From positions 3,360,001 to 3,424,000 of the forward strand of contig OY761614.1 in the NCBI GenBank assembly GCA_963664825.1: a DNA stretch of 64,000 nucleotides, read 5' to 3'. The notes below the pieces were generated by a model that was not told the origin of the DNA, searched no databases, and saw only the letters and a list, made by a program, of their open reading frames with translations. A program made the position numbers and the translations under genes. Origin of the DNA: an uncultured Holophaga sp. GTDB lineage: Bacteria; Acidobacteriota; Holophagae; Holophagales; Holophagaceae. The first letter of the stretch is position 1. The number at the start of each line of letters is the position of its first letter. Of the stretch, positions 45,540-55,268 are shown piece after piece.

Positions 45540-46855
45540 GCTGACAGGTAGTGCGCGCAGAAGGGCACCAGGCGCCCCTCATCGAACACGTGGAGGCTGC
45601 ACCGCCTCAGCCGCTCCAGGTCCAGGTTGCCCGCGTCCTGGAAGGCCATGGCCGTCACAGTGAAGCCGTGGGATTTCACCCGCTGGAGGAAGACGCCCAT
45701 ATCCCGCAGATCGCCGCCACAACAGCTGGTTTCAAGCTTGGGCGGGCGAAGCCAGCGCCTCCCCACAAAATCACGATTCTTCTCAGGGGCTGTGCGGTCG
45801 CAGCAGGACCCGCCCCTGCCGGGCCCAGAGAGGGAGACGAGCCGCCCCTGGGGATCCACGAGGAAATCGCCGTGGAAGCCGCAGAGGGGATGATCGCAGC
45901 GGGAGGGGAGCAGCTGCTCGACCTGGAGGCGCCCTTCCGTCTGCTCTTCGATGGCCACTAGGAGTTCGTCCAGGGTGAAGCGATGGGCATCGGTGGGGAG
46001 GCAGGGCATGCGTCCGAAGAAACTCACGGGCTGGAAGTGCACGCCGCGCACCGCCGGCGCCTGGGCGATGGCGAAGCGCAGGATCTCGCCGATGTTATGC
46101 GTATTCACGCCGGGCACCAGGGTCGGCACCAGGGTCACGCCCACATTGGCCGCCGCGCAGTGCTCGATGGCCCGCTGTTTTTCCCGCAGGAGCGGCCTGC
46201 CCCGCAGCCGCTCATGGATGGCATCCTCGGTCCCGTCGAATTGGAGGAAGACGAAGGAGAGGCCCGCCTTGGCAAGGGTCTGGGCATAGCTTGGATCTTC
46301 CGCGAGGCGCAGGCCATTGCTATTGAGCTGCACGTAGCGGCATCCCGCGGCCTTGGCCTGGGTGATGATTTGCGGGAGATCGTCCCGCAGCGTGGGTTCG
46401 CCGCCGCTGAGCTGGAGCAGCGTCTTTCCCGGTTCGACCAGTTGGAGGAGCCAGGCTTCAATCTGGCTCAAGGGGGGCTCGGGCCCTTCACCCCCTGCCG
46501 CGAAGCAGAAGGGGCATCCGAGATTGCAGCGCGGAGTGACCTCCAGGAGGACGCAGCAGGTCCCCTGGAGATGGTCCGGGCAGAGGCCGCAGCCCTCAGG
46601 GCAGCGGGAGGGGCCCAGGGGCCTCTCTTCGGCCCCTCCGATCCATTGGGCCATATCCACCTGCCCCCGCCACAGGAGGGTCTGGAAGGGGCCGTGTTCG
46701 GGACACGCCTTCCGGAGAAAGACATCCTGCCCCAGGCGCACCCGCTGGGCGGGCAGCTGCTTCAGGCAGATGGGGCAGACACTGAATGTCTCGTGGAGCA
46801 GCTCCGCGCAGGGTGCGGCTTCCCCCTGCCGGGCTTCGGGCGCTCCCCCTGCCAC
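45527..46855 (-). CDS. Radical SAM protein (TrsS / DVU_1554-type)
   Basis: SVCPIC...KACPEHG, CPEGCGLCPDH, CNLGCPFC (CxxxCxxC), SGGEPT, CSLHV...VPFCAHY; GTG start overlapping the upstream TAG. Confidence 0.9.
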   Translation of the reverse strand: MAGGAPEARQGEAAPCAELLHETFSVCPICLKQLPAQRVRLGQDVFLRKACPEHGPFQTLLWRGQVDMAQWIGGAEERPLGPSRCPEGCGLCPDHLQGTCCVLLEVTPRCNLGCPFCFAAGGEGPEPPLSQIEAWLLQLVEPGKTLLQLSGGEPTLRDDLPQIITQAKAAGCRYVQLNSNGLRLAEDPSYAQTLAKAGLSFVFLQFDGTEDAIHERLRGRPLLREKQRAIEHCAAANVGVTLVPTLVPGVNTHNIGEILRFAIAQAPAVRGVHFQPVSFFGRMPCLPTDAHRFTLDELLVAIEEQTEGRLQVEQLLPSRCDHPLCGFHGDFLVDPQGRLVSLSGPGRGGSCCDRTAPEKNRDFVGRRWLRPPKLETSCCGGDLRDMGVFLQRVKSHGFTVTAMAFQDAGNLDLERLRRCSLHVFDEGRLVPFCAHYLSAWRP

Positions 46856-47049
46856 TACTTGTCCTCCATCTGCATCTCGACTTCCGAGATGCGGCCCTTG
46901 GCCAGTTCCTCGGGAATGAAGACCTGGCCGCATCCGGGGCACCGGAGGACATCGGCGTAGAAGCTGTGGCCCAGATAGGTGAAATCCGTCTTCAGGGGCG
47001 TCAGGGCCTGCTGGCACCCATGGCAGATCAGCACAGGATTCTCCGCCAT
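46855..47049 (-). CDS. Small CxxC...CxxC protein (DVU_1557-type)
   Basis: 64 aa; CHGC...YLGHSF...CPGCGQVFIPEELAKGRISEVEMQMEDK. Confidence 0.85.
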   Translation of the reverse strand: MAENPVLICHGCQQALTPLKTDFTYLGHSFYADVLRCPGCGQVFIPEELAKGRISEVEMQMEDK

Positions 47050-47051
47050 CT

Positions 47052-49301
47052 TCAGCCCTCCTCGATGCTCATGCGGTGGCCGTAGGCGTTGAGGAGCTCG
47101 AAGCTGGCGCCGGGACCCGGCACGGCCCGGTACTCGGCCCAGTAGGTCATGTGGCCGATCAGGAGATGGCCGCTGAAACTATTCCGGGTCGGGTCGAACA
47201 CCTTTCGCCCGCTGCGTTCGCTCGCCTCGATGACGGCAGCGATATCGGTCTCCAGCAGGAGAGCCGCACTCAGCTTCTGCCGGAGCTCGGGCGCGATGTG
47301 AAGTTCCATGGGCGCCTCCTGCGGATCATCCAACTCCTTCAGTTCATCGGTCTCCTGCCAGAACGTCTCGAGCACCTGGCGCTTCAGGCGCATCCGGTTG
47401 CGCCTGCACTCGGTGACGGTGGGGGGCAGACGATCCGGCCCCTCCAGGCCGAAGATGATATCCAGGATGTGCCAGGCCCGCTTCCCCGCCGAGGCGAAGA
47501 TATCCCGACAGTTGATGCAGTAGGTGATGTAGGGATGGGCGCCCGCGGAGATGCGCGCCTTCACCATGTGCCGGGCGAAGGGCGGATGGGCCACCGAGAC
47601 CTGACCGCCCCAGCTGCAGCACTGGGCGAGGCGCCCCTCCATGGGCAGAGGCTCCAGGCGGAACCCAGCGCGCTGGGCCAGGGTGCGCACGGTCTGCTGA
47701 AGCTGGGGTTCCTCGCGGCTGGCGCAGGGATCGAAGACGGAGGCCGTCTCCCCCGGCGCCCCTTCGGCCATGGCCCCCTTTTCCAGGAGCAGGTCGTACA
47801 GGAAAACGCCTGGGATCTCCGGCAAGTGGCGCTCGAACATCTGCTTGCAGCTGGGACAGGCAAATACGACGACGGGGCGGCCCAGGGACTCCCAGGCCTC
47901 GCCAAACCGAGTCATCGTTTCATTGCGCAGGGGCTCGTCCCCCGCCCACTCGGCCGGGGCGCCGCAGCAGCCCAGGTGGAGGGCCGTATCCGGCCAGTGT
48001 TCCCGCAGGAAACGATAGCTCTCCGTGACGCAGCGCGGATTGGAGGCGCCCAGCTGGCAGCCGGGGAAAAAGAGATAGCGGCTCCTGACGCACCCCGAGG
48101 GCAGCCTGGAGAGGCCCGCCTCGCCATTGGCCGAGGCCATATCCCGCAGGAAGAAGTCATGCCAGGCCCAGGGCATGGCGCCTTTCTCGCGCATGGCGCG
48201 GTGGCCCTGCAGGAGGATCTCCCCCATATCGATATCCTGGGGGCAGACTTCCCTGCACAGACCGCACTGGCTGCACGTGGACATGAGGCGCGTGGCGAGG
48301 GTGCCATTGCCATCCAGGGTGCCGGGATGGACGCTGAGATGGACCTCTTCGGCGATGCGCGTGGGGGATTTCCGGAAGTAATCCATCAGGTCGCAGGCGC
48401 GGAGGCAGGCGTCGCAGGCGCAGCGCAGGCAGCGCCGGGCCTCCAGCTGGGCCTCTTCCTTCGAATAGCCCTCGCCCGAGGGGCGCAGGGCCTGGGTGGA
48501 AGCGAAGCGCCCGGGATCCATCTTCAGGCGGGTCCTGGGAGGATCTTCCGCGGGTTTCATGCCCCCGGACTTGAGGAAGTGCTCGATGGCGCCACAGGCC
48601 CGCAGGCCCTGGGCGAGAGCGTCCATGCTACCCGCCCCCGTCAGGGATCCTCCCAGGAAGGCGCCTGGACAGTGGCTGGCGAAGGCGCCCTCACGATTTT
48701 GGGCAAGGCCGAAAGCCTCGCCCCCGGCGCCCGTGGCCACGTATAGGGCGTCGCATTCCAGGGCCTCCAGATCGGTGATCTCCCGGTTCAGGCGCAAATC
48801 AAAGGGAGCGTGGGCGAAGGCCCTCGAAAATTCAGCAAGGAGAAGCTCCGAGGCCATGAGGCCGTGGAGGTGGCCTCCGATGCGAGGGCCCTTCTCGTAG
48901 ACCGTGACCGCATAGTTCTTTTCGGCCAGGCGCAACGCGCAGGCCAGGCCGCTGGGCCCGGCCCCGATGATGGCCACCTTCCAGGGCTTGGGGGGCACGT
49001 TGTAGCTGGTGGCTTCGGTGTTGCGGGCAAAGGCGAGGGAAGCCTGTTCCAGGAGGCGAAGTTCGATGGCCCCGCCGCAGGCCCCCCGGAGGCAGGACTC
49101 CTTGCAGGGTTCGGGACATAGGGCCGAGACCAGGCCCGGAAATCCCACGGCATTCTGGTAGGCCTTGTAGGCGGCCTGGAAGGCGCCGCGCTGGAGCTTC
49201 TCGATGAAGTCCCGCACATCCAGCCCGAAGGGACAGGCCACCATGCAAAAGGCCGGTTCATCCTGCAGGCAATCTTCGAGGCATCCGGGGGCGTGTTCCA
49301 T
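47052..49301 (-). CDS. FAD-dependent pyridine nucleotide-disulfide oxidoreductase with Fe-S dicluster and CCG domains
   Basis: CxxACP, IGAGPSGL, RCLRCACDAC, CSQCGLCREVCP, FFPGCQ, CCGAPA, CCSWGG. Confidence 0.88.
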   Translation of the reverse strand: MEHAPGCLEDCLQDEPAFCMVACPFGLDVRDFIEKLQRGAFQAAYKAYQNAVGFPGLVSALCPEPCKESCLRGACGGAIELRLLEQASLAFARNTEATSYNVPPKPWKVAIIGAGPSGLACALRLAEKNYAVTVYEKGPRIGGHLHGLMASELLLAEFSRAFAHAPFDLRLNREITDLEALECDALYVATGAGGEAFGLAQNREGAFASHCPGAFLGGSLTGAGSMDALAQGLRACGAIEHFLKSGGMKPAEDPPRTRLKMDPGRFASTQALRPSGEGYSKEEAQLEARRCLRCACDACLRACDLMDYFRKSPTRIAEEVHLSVHPGTLDGNGTLATRLMSTCSQCGLCREVCPQDIDMGEILLQGHRAMREKGAMPWAWHDFFLRDMASANGEAGLSRLPSGCVRSRYLFFPGCQLGASNPRCVTESYRFLREHWPDTALHLGCCGAPAEWAGDEPLRNETMTRFGEAWESLGRPVVVFACPSCKQMFERHLPEIPGVFLYDLLLEKGAMAEGAPGETASVFDPCASREEPQLQQTVRTLAQRAGFRLEPLPMEGRLAQCCSWGGQVSVAHPPFARHMVKARISAGAHPYITYCINCRDIFASAGKRAWHILDIIFGLEGPDRLPPTVTECRRNRMRLKRQVLETFWQETDELKELDDPQEAPMELHIAPELRQKLSAALLLETDIAAVIEASERSGRKVFDPTRNSFSGHLLIGHMTYWAEYRAVPGPGASFELLNAYGHRMSIEEG

Positions 49302-49325
49302 GGCCTTTGAGCTTCTCGCATGAAG

Positions 49326-49351
49326 GTCGGCCCGGGCAAGCCCGGGCCGAC
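49326..49351. other. Perfect 12-bp intra-operon hairpin (possible mRNA stabiliser/attenuator)
   Basis: GTCGGCCCGGGC-AA-GCCCGGGCCGAC between the aldehyde oxidoreductase and the downstream gene; no U-tract. Confidence 0.6.
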
Positions 49352-49375
49352 ACGCGTGGGCAGATCCGGAAGGAA

Positions 49376-52291
49376 CTAGAAGGGACGATCCCCCTGGCCG
49401 CCCAGGGGTTGGTAGTACTCGTTGCCCCCGAAGGGCACGGGGTTGGCCTTGATGTGCTCCAGCTCGTCATACAGATCGGAGCCCAGGAAGTATTTCTTGG
49501 GGGGCAGCACCTTCCCGCCGGAGGCGATGAGATCGAGCCCGGCCTTGACCTTCTCAGGGGTGGCCGGCATCTCGAAGATCCGCACGCCGCAAGCGTTGTG
49601 GATGGCGTTCAGCACGGCCATATGCCCGCTGGCCTGGAAGGCCTCGGAAGCCCCTGAGGAGCCCCAGGGACCGTGCTCGTTGTACTTCTCCATGTGGACC
49701 ACGGTGATCTCGTCGGGGATGTCCTTGATGTAGGGCACGCCGCTGTTATCGATATTGGTGTGCTTGGTGACATCGTCGTAGTTCTCGCTCAGGGCGAAGC
49801 CGATGCTATGGGAGATCCCTCCGAAGGCCTGGCCGTTGACCGCGTCGATATTGCCGATCTTGCCGACCTCATCGACGCAGACGAAGCGGATCACCCGGGT
49901 CTTGCCGGTGGAGGCGTCGACTTCCACTTCGGCCAGGTTCAGGGCGTAGGTGTAGGCCGGGGACGGATTGCCGATGCCGGTATTGGGGTCGAGGCGGCTC
50001 AGGCCCGGGGTGACGGCGGTCTCGTAGCGGCCTGTGACCTTCACCGGGATATGCTCGGCCACCATCTCGGCGTGGGTGCGATAGGTGCCATCGGCCTTGC
50101 GCATGGCGGCCATGAGCTTCTCGCCGGCAACGCGGGTGGCGTGGCCATTCATGTAGTGGGAGCGGCTCCCGGCCGACATGCCGCTATCGGGACAGAGCTT
50201 GGTGTCGCTCTGCACCAGGTGGATCTGCTCGGGCGTGAGGCCCAGGGGCTTGAGAGCTTCGAGGGTCACCATCACCGAACCGATATCGCCCCCCTGCCCC
50301 AGTTCCTGCCAGGTGTCGTGCTTGGTGATGCTGCCATCGGGGTTCAGTTCGAGGGTGATGGTGGCGTTATCCGTGCCGCCCTCGGTCACGTTGAAGGCGC
50401 CCCAGGCCAGGCCCACGCCCCGCCGGATCTGCGGGGTGTCCTTGGCCTTGGCCTCCTCCACGGCCCGCTCGTAGTAGGGGCGCATGGCCTTCATCATGTC
50501 CTCCATGGGGTACTGCATGAAGGCATGGCTATTGAGGTTGGTGTCCCCGGGGCGGGCGATATTGCGCCAGCGGAACTCGAAGGGATCGATGCCCGTCTCT
50601 TCGGCCAGCATATCCATGAGGGCCTCGCTGAGGGTGTAGGCCTGGGGGGAACCATAGCTGCGATAGGCAGTGCCGAAGGTGTGGTTGGTGTTGGCGACCC
50701 GCACAAGACCTGCCACGTGGGGCACCACATAGGGGAAGAAGGCGAAGCGGGCGGGCTTGATGATGACGTCGTCACCGCCCCAGGAATAGGCACCGTGATC
50801 CATGCCCAGTTCGAATTCGGCGGCCGTGATCCTGCCCTCGGAATCGCAGGCGAGGCGGCCATTGGAATACGAAGGGCAGCGCTTCCCGGAGAAGTGCTGG
50901 TGTTCTTCATAGGTCATGGAGAGGGCCACGGGCATCCCCGTGACCACAGTGGCCGCCCCGGCCAGCACCAGGTCGCCGGCGTTGGTGGACCATCCGAAGC
51001 TCGCGCCGGTGGGGTTCATGATGATCCGCAGTTTGTCCTTGGGGCACAAGCAATTGCCGATGCGGCCCAGGGCGGAATAGACGCCCTGGCTCTTGCACTG
51101 GATGGCCAGGTTGCCATCCTCGTCGAAGTAGGACTGGACCGTGCAGCCTTCGATGGAGAGATGGGGTTCCCGGGTGGAGTGGAAGCTGCCCGCCACGCGA
51201 TGGGCGGAACCCTCGATCAGGTCGGCCACCCGGCTGGGCTCTTCCAGGGCCACGCCCTTGAGCACGGGCTGTTCGGAAAAGATATTGGGGGTGTCGGCGT
51301 GGATGCGCATGGCGTCCGGCATGACCGCATCCAGGTAGTTGAGGTACTCGGGCAGCTTCTCGATCTCCACCTTCACCTTGGCGGCGGCGGCCCGGGCGTG
51401 GGCCTTGGTATCGGCCACGGCCACGGCCACCACGTCGCCGTAGCGGTAGATCTTGTCATCGCAGATCGCCTTGCGACTGGGCACCAGCACCGTCGTGCGC
51501 TCGTGGAACTGGCCCTCGGACATGATATTGGTGCCACCGGCGGCGATGAGGTCCTGGGCGGTGACGATCTTCACCACGCCGGGCATCTGCTCGGCTTCGC
51601 GGGTGTCGATCTTGAGGATCTTGGCGTGGTGAGCGAGCTTGGGCTGCACGATGGCGGCGTGGAGGCTCTCGGCGGGCATCTTCAGTTCCTGGTCATCGCC
51701 ATAGTCGGCAAGACCACAGACCTTGGCCAAGGCCGTGGGCCGCACCACGGGCTTCCCGTAGTACTCGCCATCCTTGGGGTTCTGGAAGGAGATCTCCTCG
51801 AGGGTGGCCTCCCCGCGCATCACCTTGGCGGCCGCCATCACGGCGTCGATGATCTGCACGTAGCCGGTGCAGCGGCAGACATTCTTGTGCTTCTGGAACC
51901 AGTCGCGCGCCTCCTCACGAGTCGGGCTGGGGTTCTCCTGCAGCAGGGCGTAGGTGGAGACGATGAAGCCCGGAACGCAGAAGCCGCACTGCACCGCCCC
52001 CAGGTTCATCCAGGCCACCTGGATGGGATGCAGGTGGGTGGGGGTGCCGATGCCCTCGATGGTCAGCACCTTGCTGTACTCGGGGATGGACCGGATCCGG
52101 CGGACGCAGGATCGCACCAGCTTGCCATCCAGGATCACCGTGCAGGCGCCGCAGACGCCCTTGCCGCAACCAACCTTGGTGCCCGTCAGCCCCATCCGCC
52201 GCACAACGTCGGCCAGCGTGTCCTTCTCGGGATCGCAGATGAACATGCGATTGGCGCCATTGATATTGAGCCACATCTTCCTGAGCTGCAT
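49376..52291 (-). CDS. Single-chain molybdopterin-dependent aldehyde oxidoreductase (Desulfovibrio Mop-like, xanthine oxidase family)
   Basis: Two [2Fe-2S] motifs (GCGKGVCGAC...SC; QCGFC...CRCTGY) fused to a Mo-binding domain (AYRSYGSPQ, GQG, AGSRS, GASE); GGAGG RBS. Confidence 0.93.
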   Translation of the reverse strand: MQLRKMWLNINGANRMFICDPEKDTLADVVRRMGLTGTKVGCGKGVCGACTVILDGKLVRSCVRRIRSIPEYSKVLTIEGIGTPTHLHPIQVAWMNLGAVQCGFCVPGFIVSTYALLQENPSPTREEARDWFQKHKNVCRCTGYVQIIDAVMAAAKVMRGEATLEEISFQNPKDGEYYGKPVVRPTALAKVCGLADYGDDQELKMPAESLHAAIVQPKLAHHAKILKIDTREAEQMPGVVKIVTAQDLIAAGGTNIMSEGQFHERTTVLVPSRKAICDDKIYRYGDVVAVAVADTKAHARAAAAKVKVEIEKLPEYLNYLDAVMPDAMRIHADTPNIFSEQPVLKGVALEEPSRVADLIEGSAHRVAGSFHSTREPHLSIEGCTVQSYFDEDGNLAIQCKSQGVYSALGRIGNCLCPKDKLRIIMNPTGASFGWSTNAGDLVLAGAATVVTGMPVALSMTYEEHQHFSGKRCPSYSNGRLACDSEGRITAAEFELGMDHGAYSWGGDDVIIKPARFAFFPYVVPHVAGLVRVANTNHTFGTAYRSYGSPQAYTLSEALMDMLAEETGIDPFEFRWRNIARPGDTNLNSHAFMQYPMEDMMKAMRPYYERAVEEAKAKDTPQIRRGVGLAWGAFNVTEGGTDNATITLELNPDGSITKHDTWQELGQGGDIGSVMVTLEALKPLGLTPEQIHLVQSDTKLCPDSGMSAGSRSHYMNGHATRVAGEKLMAAMRKADGTYRTHAEMVAEHIPVKVTGRYETAVTPGLSRLDPNTGIGNPSPAYTYALNLAEVEVDASTGKTRVIRFVCVDEVGKIGNIDAVNGQAFGGISHSIGFALSENYDDVTKHTNIDNSGVPYIKDIPDEITVVHMEKYNEHGPWGSSGASEAFQASGHMAVLNAIHNACGVRIFEMPATPEKVKAGLDLIASGGKVLPPKKYFLGSDLYDELEHIKANPVPFGGNEYYQPLGGQGDRPF

Positions 52292-52319
52292 GGGGACCTC
52301 CGTGGGTGGGAAAATTCGG

Positions 52320-52724
52320 TCAATCGAATGTGTAGCCGTAGCTTTCCAGAATGGCCTTCATCTGGACATAGGTCGCCTCCACCACGGCCCCGCAGCGCGC
52401 GGGCCTATTCAGGGGCTCCCCGGCGAGGATCTCGGCGCAATTGGCGCCCCCGTAGGTGGGGCCCAGGGTGTGGACGAACCACTCCGAGAGCTCCGGCACG
52501 CAGGCCTTGGCCCGTTCCGGATCCAGCACGTGCATGGCGCAGGCCGCGCCCGTAAGCGCGCCGCAGAGGAGGCCGCCCTGGACGCCACCGCAGAGGCCGC
52601 GCATGGCCTGCAGGAGTTGGTCGTTGCGCTGGCCCTTGGATTCCAGGGCCATCCGCACGAGCGCCACCGCGCAGCACTCCCCTCCGCGCAGGAGATCATG
52701 GAGGCGATTAACGTCATTGAGCAT
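52320..52724 (-). CDS. C-GCAxxG-C-C family protein (DVU_1555-type)
   Basis: ECCAVAL, GLCGG, LCGALTGAAC, NCAEI, RCGAVV; start chosen at ATG 52724. Confidence 0.82.
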   Translation of the reverse strand: MLNDVNRLHDLLRGGECCAVALVRMALESKGQRNDQLLQAMRGLCGGVQGGLLCGALTGAACAMHVLDPERAKACVPELSEWFVHTLGPTYGGANCAEILAGEPLNRPARCGAVVEATYVQMKAILESYGYTFD

Positions 52725-53094
52725 GGTGCGCGCAAGACCCAGAAAACACGTGAACCCCATCCTGTGGTGAGAGGTGACCCGATGCGAATACCGCAAATCC
52801 AGTGGATCGGCCGGTGGGAACTGGACCGATATTCCCAGAGGAACCTCGTGCATCACAAGATTTTTGAGGGGGGAAAAAAGACCCCAATCCGGGCCTACCC
52901 CAGCCCCATCACGCATTCTCGTGATTCAACTAGAGATAGACAGGGCAATGCCCACCCCAAAAAAACGTTCTTCCGTGCGCTGTATTTGAGGACAACTTTC
53001 GACTCGTCAAAAGACCCGACCCACGCTTCGGCATGGGCGTTGGGAGAAAGAGAGGCCTGTGCCATCTTCATCCTGGACTACACTCGGTAGGATC

Positions 53095-53475
53095 ATGAGC
53101 CAACCAGGATTCGCATCCATCAAGATTCGCCTCCGCCAGGGCGATGGCTATGCCATGGGCCCCGGCAAGGCCGATCTCCTGGAAGCCATCCAGGAGACGA
53201 AGTCCATCGCCGCCGCCGGGCGCAAACTGGGCCTCAGCTATTCGAAATCCCGGCATCTGCTGGACGAATTGAACCGCGATTTCGAATCGCCCCTGGTGAT
53301 CGCCACCAAGGGCGGGAGTTCCGGAGGCGGATCCCAGTTGACCGAACAGGGGCAACAGATCCTGGTCCAGTTTCGGAGCATGGAGGCCCGGGCCCGGGAG
53401 GCCATCGCGCCCCTGGTGGAGGATTTCAAGAAATTCATGCCCGGGATGAGCCATCGCAAGGCACAGCAGACGTGA
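53095..53475 (+). CDS. ModE-like winged-helix regulator (N-terminal domain only, no TOBE domains)
   Basis: MGPGKADLLEAIQETKSIAAAGRKLGLSY...KGGSSGGGSQLTEQG. Confidence 0.88.
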   Translation: MSQPGFASIKIRLRQGDGYAMGPGKADLLEAIQETKSIAAAGRKLGLSYSKSRHLLDELNRDFESPLVIATKGGSSGGGSQLTEQGQQILVQFRSMEARAREAIAPLVEDFKKFMPGMSHRKAQQT

Positions 53476-53546
53476 TTCGTGAGCAGGCATGATCAGGCCT
53501 GGGATGACACGGGCCAGGTTCGGCATTCAGTTCTGGAGGCACTCCC

Positions 53547-53828
53547 ATGTTCAAGACAAACCAGTACTTCGATGGGAAGGTGACCTCCATCGCCTTCCAG
53601 ACAGCCGAAGGCCCCGCCACCTTAGGCGTGATGGCTCCCGGCGAGTATGAATTCGGCACCAGCACCCTGGAGATCATGAACGTCGTCATCGGCGAACTGG
53701 TGGTCAAGCTGCCCAATAGCGCCCACTGGAAGGCCTACCAGGCCGGAACCTCCTTCACCGTGGAGGCGAACCAGAAGTTCCAGCTCAGGGTCGCCGTCGA
53801 TTCCGCCTACCTCTGCCTCTACCAGTAG
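53547..53828 (+). CDS. ppnP: Pyrimidine/purine nucleoside phosphorylase (YaiE/PpnP)
   Basis: [17 protein letters not shown]...[12 protein letters not shown]...YLCLY; GGAGG RBS. Confidence 0.92.
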   Translation: MFKTNQYFDGKVTSIAFQTAEGPATLGVMAPGEYEFGTSTLEIMNVVIGELVVKLPNSAHWKAYQAGTSFTVEANQKFQLRVAVDSAYLCLYQ

Positions 53829-53840
53829 CGGCGCTGGCCC

Positions 53841-55268
53841 TCAGCGGGAGGTCCTGGGGATCTGGGACCATTCGGTGTGGATGGCGACCCCTGGGCGATC
53901 CAACCGCTCGTAGGTGTGGGCTCCGAAGTAATCCCGCTGGGCCTGGATGAGGGAGGCGCTGCCCCGGGAGACGCGGAGGCTATCGAACCAGGAGAGGGAC
54001 GCCGCCAGACCGGGGATGGGCAGGCCCGAGGCCGCGGCCCCAGCGACCACGCGCCTCCAGGCGGGCAGCCGCTTTTGCAGGGCCTCCCGGAAGCCGGGGG
54101 CGAAGCAGAGGAGTTCGAGCCCGGCCTCCCGGCCGAAGGCCTCCCGGATCGTATCCAGCAGACGGGCCCGGATGATGCAGCCCCCCGTCCAGATCCGGGC
54201 CACCTCCCCCAGATCCGTGCCATAGGCCCGGGCCTCGCTGCCGGCGCGGAGCAGATCGAAGCCCTGGGCGTAGCTGGCGAGCTTGGCGGCATAGAGGGCT
54301 TCCTTCAGGTCCTGGAGCGTGACGCCCTCCAGGGGGCTCGGATTCCCTGGAAAGAGGGCCGCCGCCCTTAGGCGCCGCGGGCGCTGGGCGCTCAGGCAGC
54401 GGGCCTCCACCGCAGCTGCGATGGTGGGGATGGGCACGCCCAGTTCGGCAGCCGCCATGACGGTCCACCGCCCCGTGCCCTTCTGGCCCGCCTGATCCAG
54501 GATGGCGTCCACCAGGGGAGATCCAGGATTTTCGGGATCCTCCGCCCGGAGGACCTCCGCGGCCACTTCCACCAGGTAGCTCTCCAGCTCCCCCTGGTTC
54601 CATCCCTCGAAGGCCTGGGCGGCCCGGTCCGCGGAGAGCCCCAGGCCCTGGCGCAGCAGCGTCACCGTCTCGGCGATGAGCTGCATGTCGCCATACTCGA
54701 TGCCGTTATGGACCATCTTCACGAAGTGGCCCGCCGATCCCTTCCCGCAATGGGTGACGCAAGCGCCCGAAGCGCTGCGGGCCGCGATGGATTCCAGGAT
54801 GGGCCGCAGGCGCTCATAGGCTTCCTTGGAGCCTCCGGGCATGAGGGCCGGCCCCAGGAGCGCCCCCTCCTCTCCGCCCGAGACCCCCATGCCGAGGAAA
54901 TCCCAGGGGCGGGTTCTGTTTCCCAGGCCCCGGCGCTCCGTATCCAGGTAGAGGCTATTGCCCCCATCCACCACCACGTCCCCTGCTTCCAGCAGAGGAT
55001 CCAGCTGGCCCAGGACCGCGTCCACGGCCGGACCGGCCTGGACCATGACGAGGATCTTCCGGGGCCTGGCCAGGGAGCGCACGAAGACTTCCGGGTTTTC
55101 AAAAATCGCGAGGCCTGCCTCGGGATGCGCGGACTGGAGGCGCCGGGAGACTTCCGGGCTCCGGTTGTAGCCCGCCACCCGGAGCCCTCGGCTGGCCAGG
55201 TTCCGGGCCAGGCTCGCCCCCATCACGCTCAGGCCGTAGACGCCGATCTCGTTCAGGTTTTCCATCAT
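53841..55268 (-). CDS. gnd: NADP-dependent 6-phosphogluconate dehydrogenase
   Basis: GLSVMG, DGGN, GVSGGEEGA, KMVHNGIEYGDMQ, QKGTG, GCIIR, QAQRDYFGAHTYER. Confidence 0.97.
   Translation of the reverse strand: MMENLNEIGVYGLSVMGASLARNLASRGLRVAGYNRSPEVSRRLQSAHPEAGLAIFENPEVFVRSLARPRKILVMVQAGPAVDAVLGQLDPLLEAGDVVVDGGNSLYLDTERRGLGNRTRPWDFLGMGVSGGEEGALLGPALMPGGSKEAYERLRPILESIAARSASGACVTHCGKGSAGHFVKMVHNGIEYGDMQLIAETVTLLRQGLGLSADRAAQAFEGWNQGELESYLVEVAAEVLRAEDPENPGSPLVDAILDQAGQKGTGRWTVMAAAELGVPIPTIAAAVEARCLSAQRPRRLRAAALFPGNPSPLEGVTLQDLKEALYAAKLASYAQGFDLLRAGSEARAYGTDLGEVARIWTGGCIIRARLLDTIREAFGREAGLELLCFAPGFREALQKRLPAWRRVVAGAAASGLPIPGLAASLSWFDSLRVSRGSASLIQAQRDYFGAHTYERLDRPGVAIHTEWSQIPRTSR

Noticed and set aside
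44893..45582. Apparent N-terminal extension of the CoA ligase (ORF 43642..45582), suggesting a fusion
   Set aside because: It overlaps the methyltransferase in another frame; GTG 44892 with GTGA coupling is the better start.
45527..52724. Selenocysteine recoding in the radical SAM, C-GCAxxG-C-C or small redox genes
   Set aside because: All frames are open with Cys at the motif positions; no in-frame UGA needs readthrough.
52725..53094. Moco/Wco riboswitch or canonical ModE box upstream of the Mo-enzyme operon
   Set aside because: I could not find the conserved motifs by eye on either strand; an Infernal search would be needed to exclude them.
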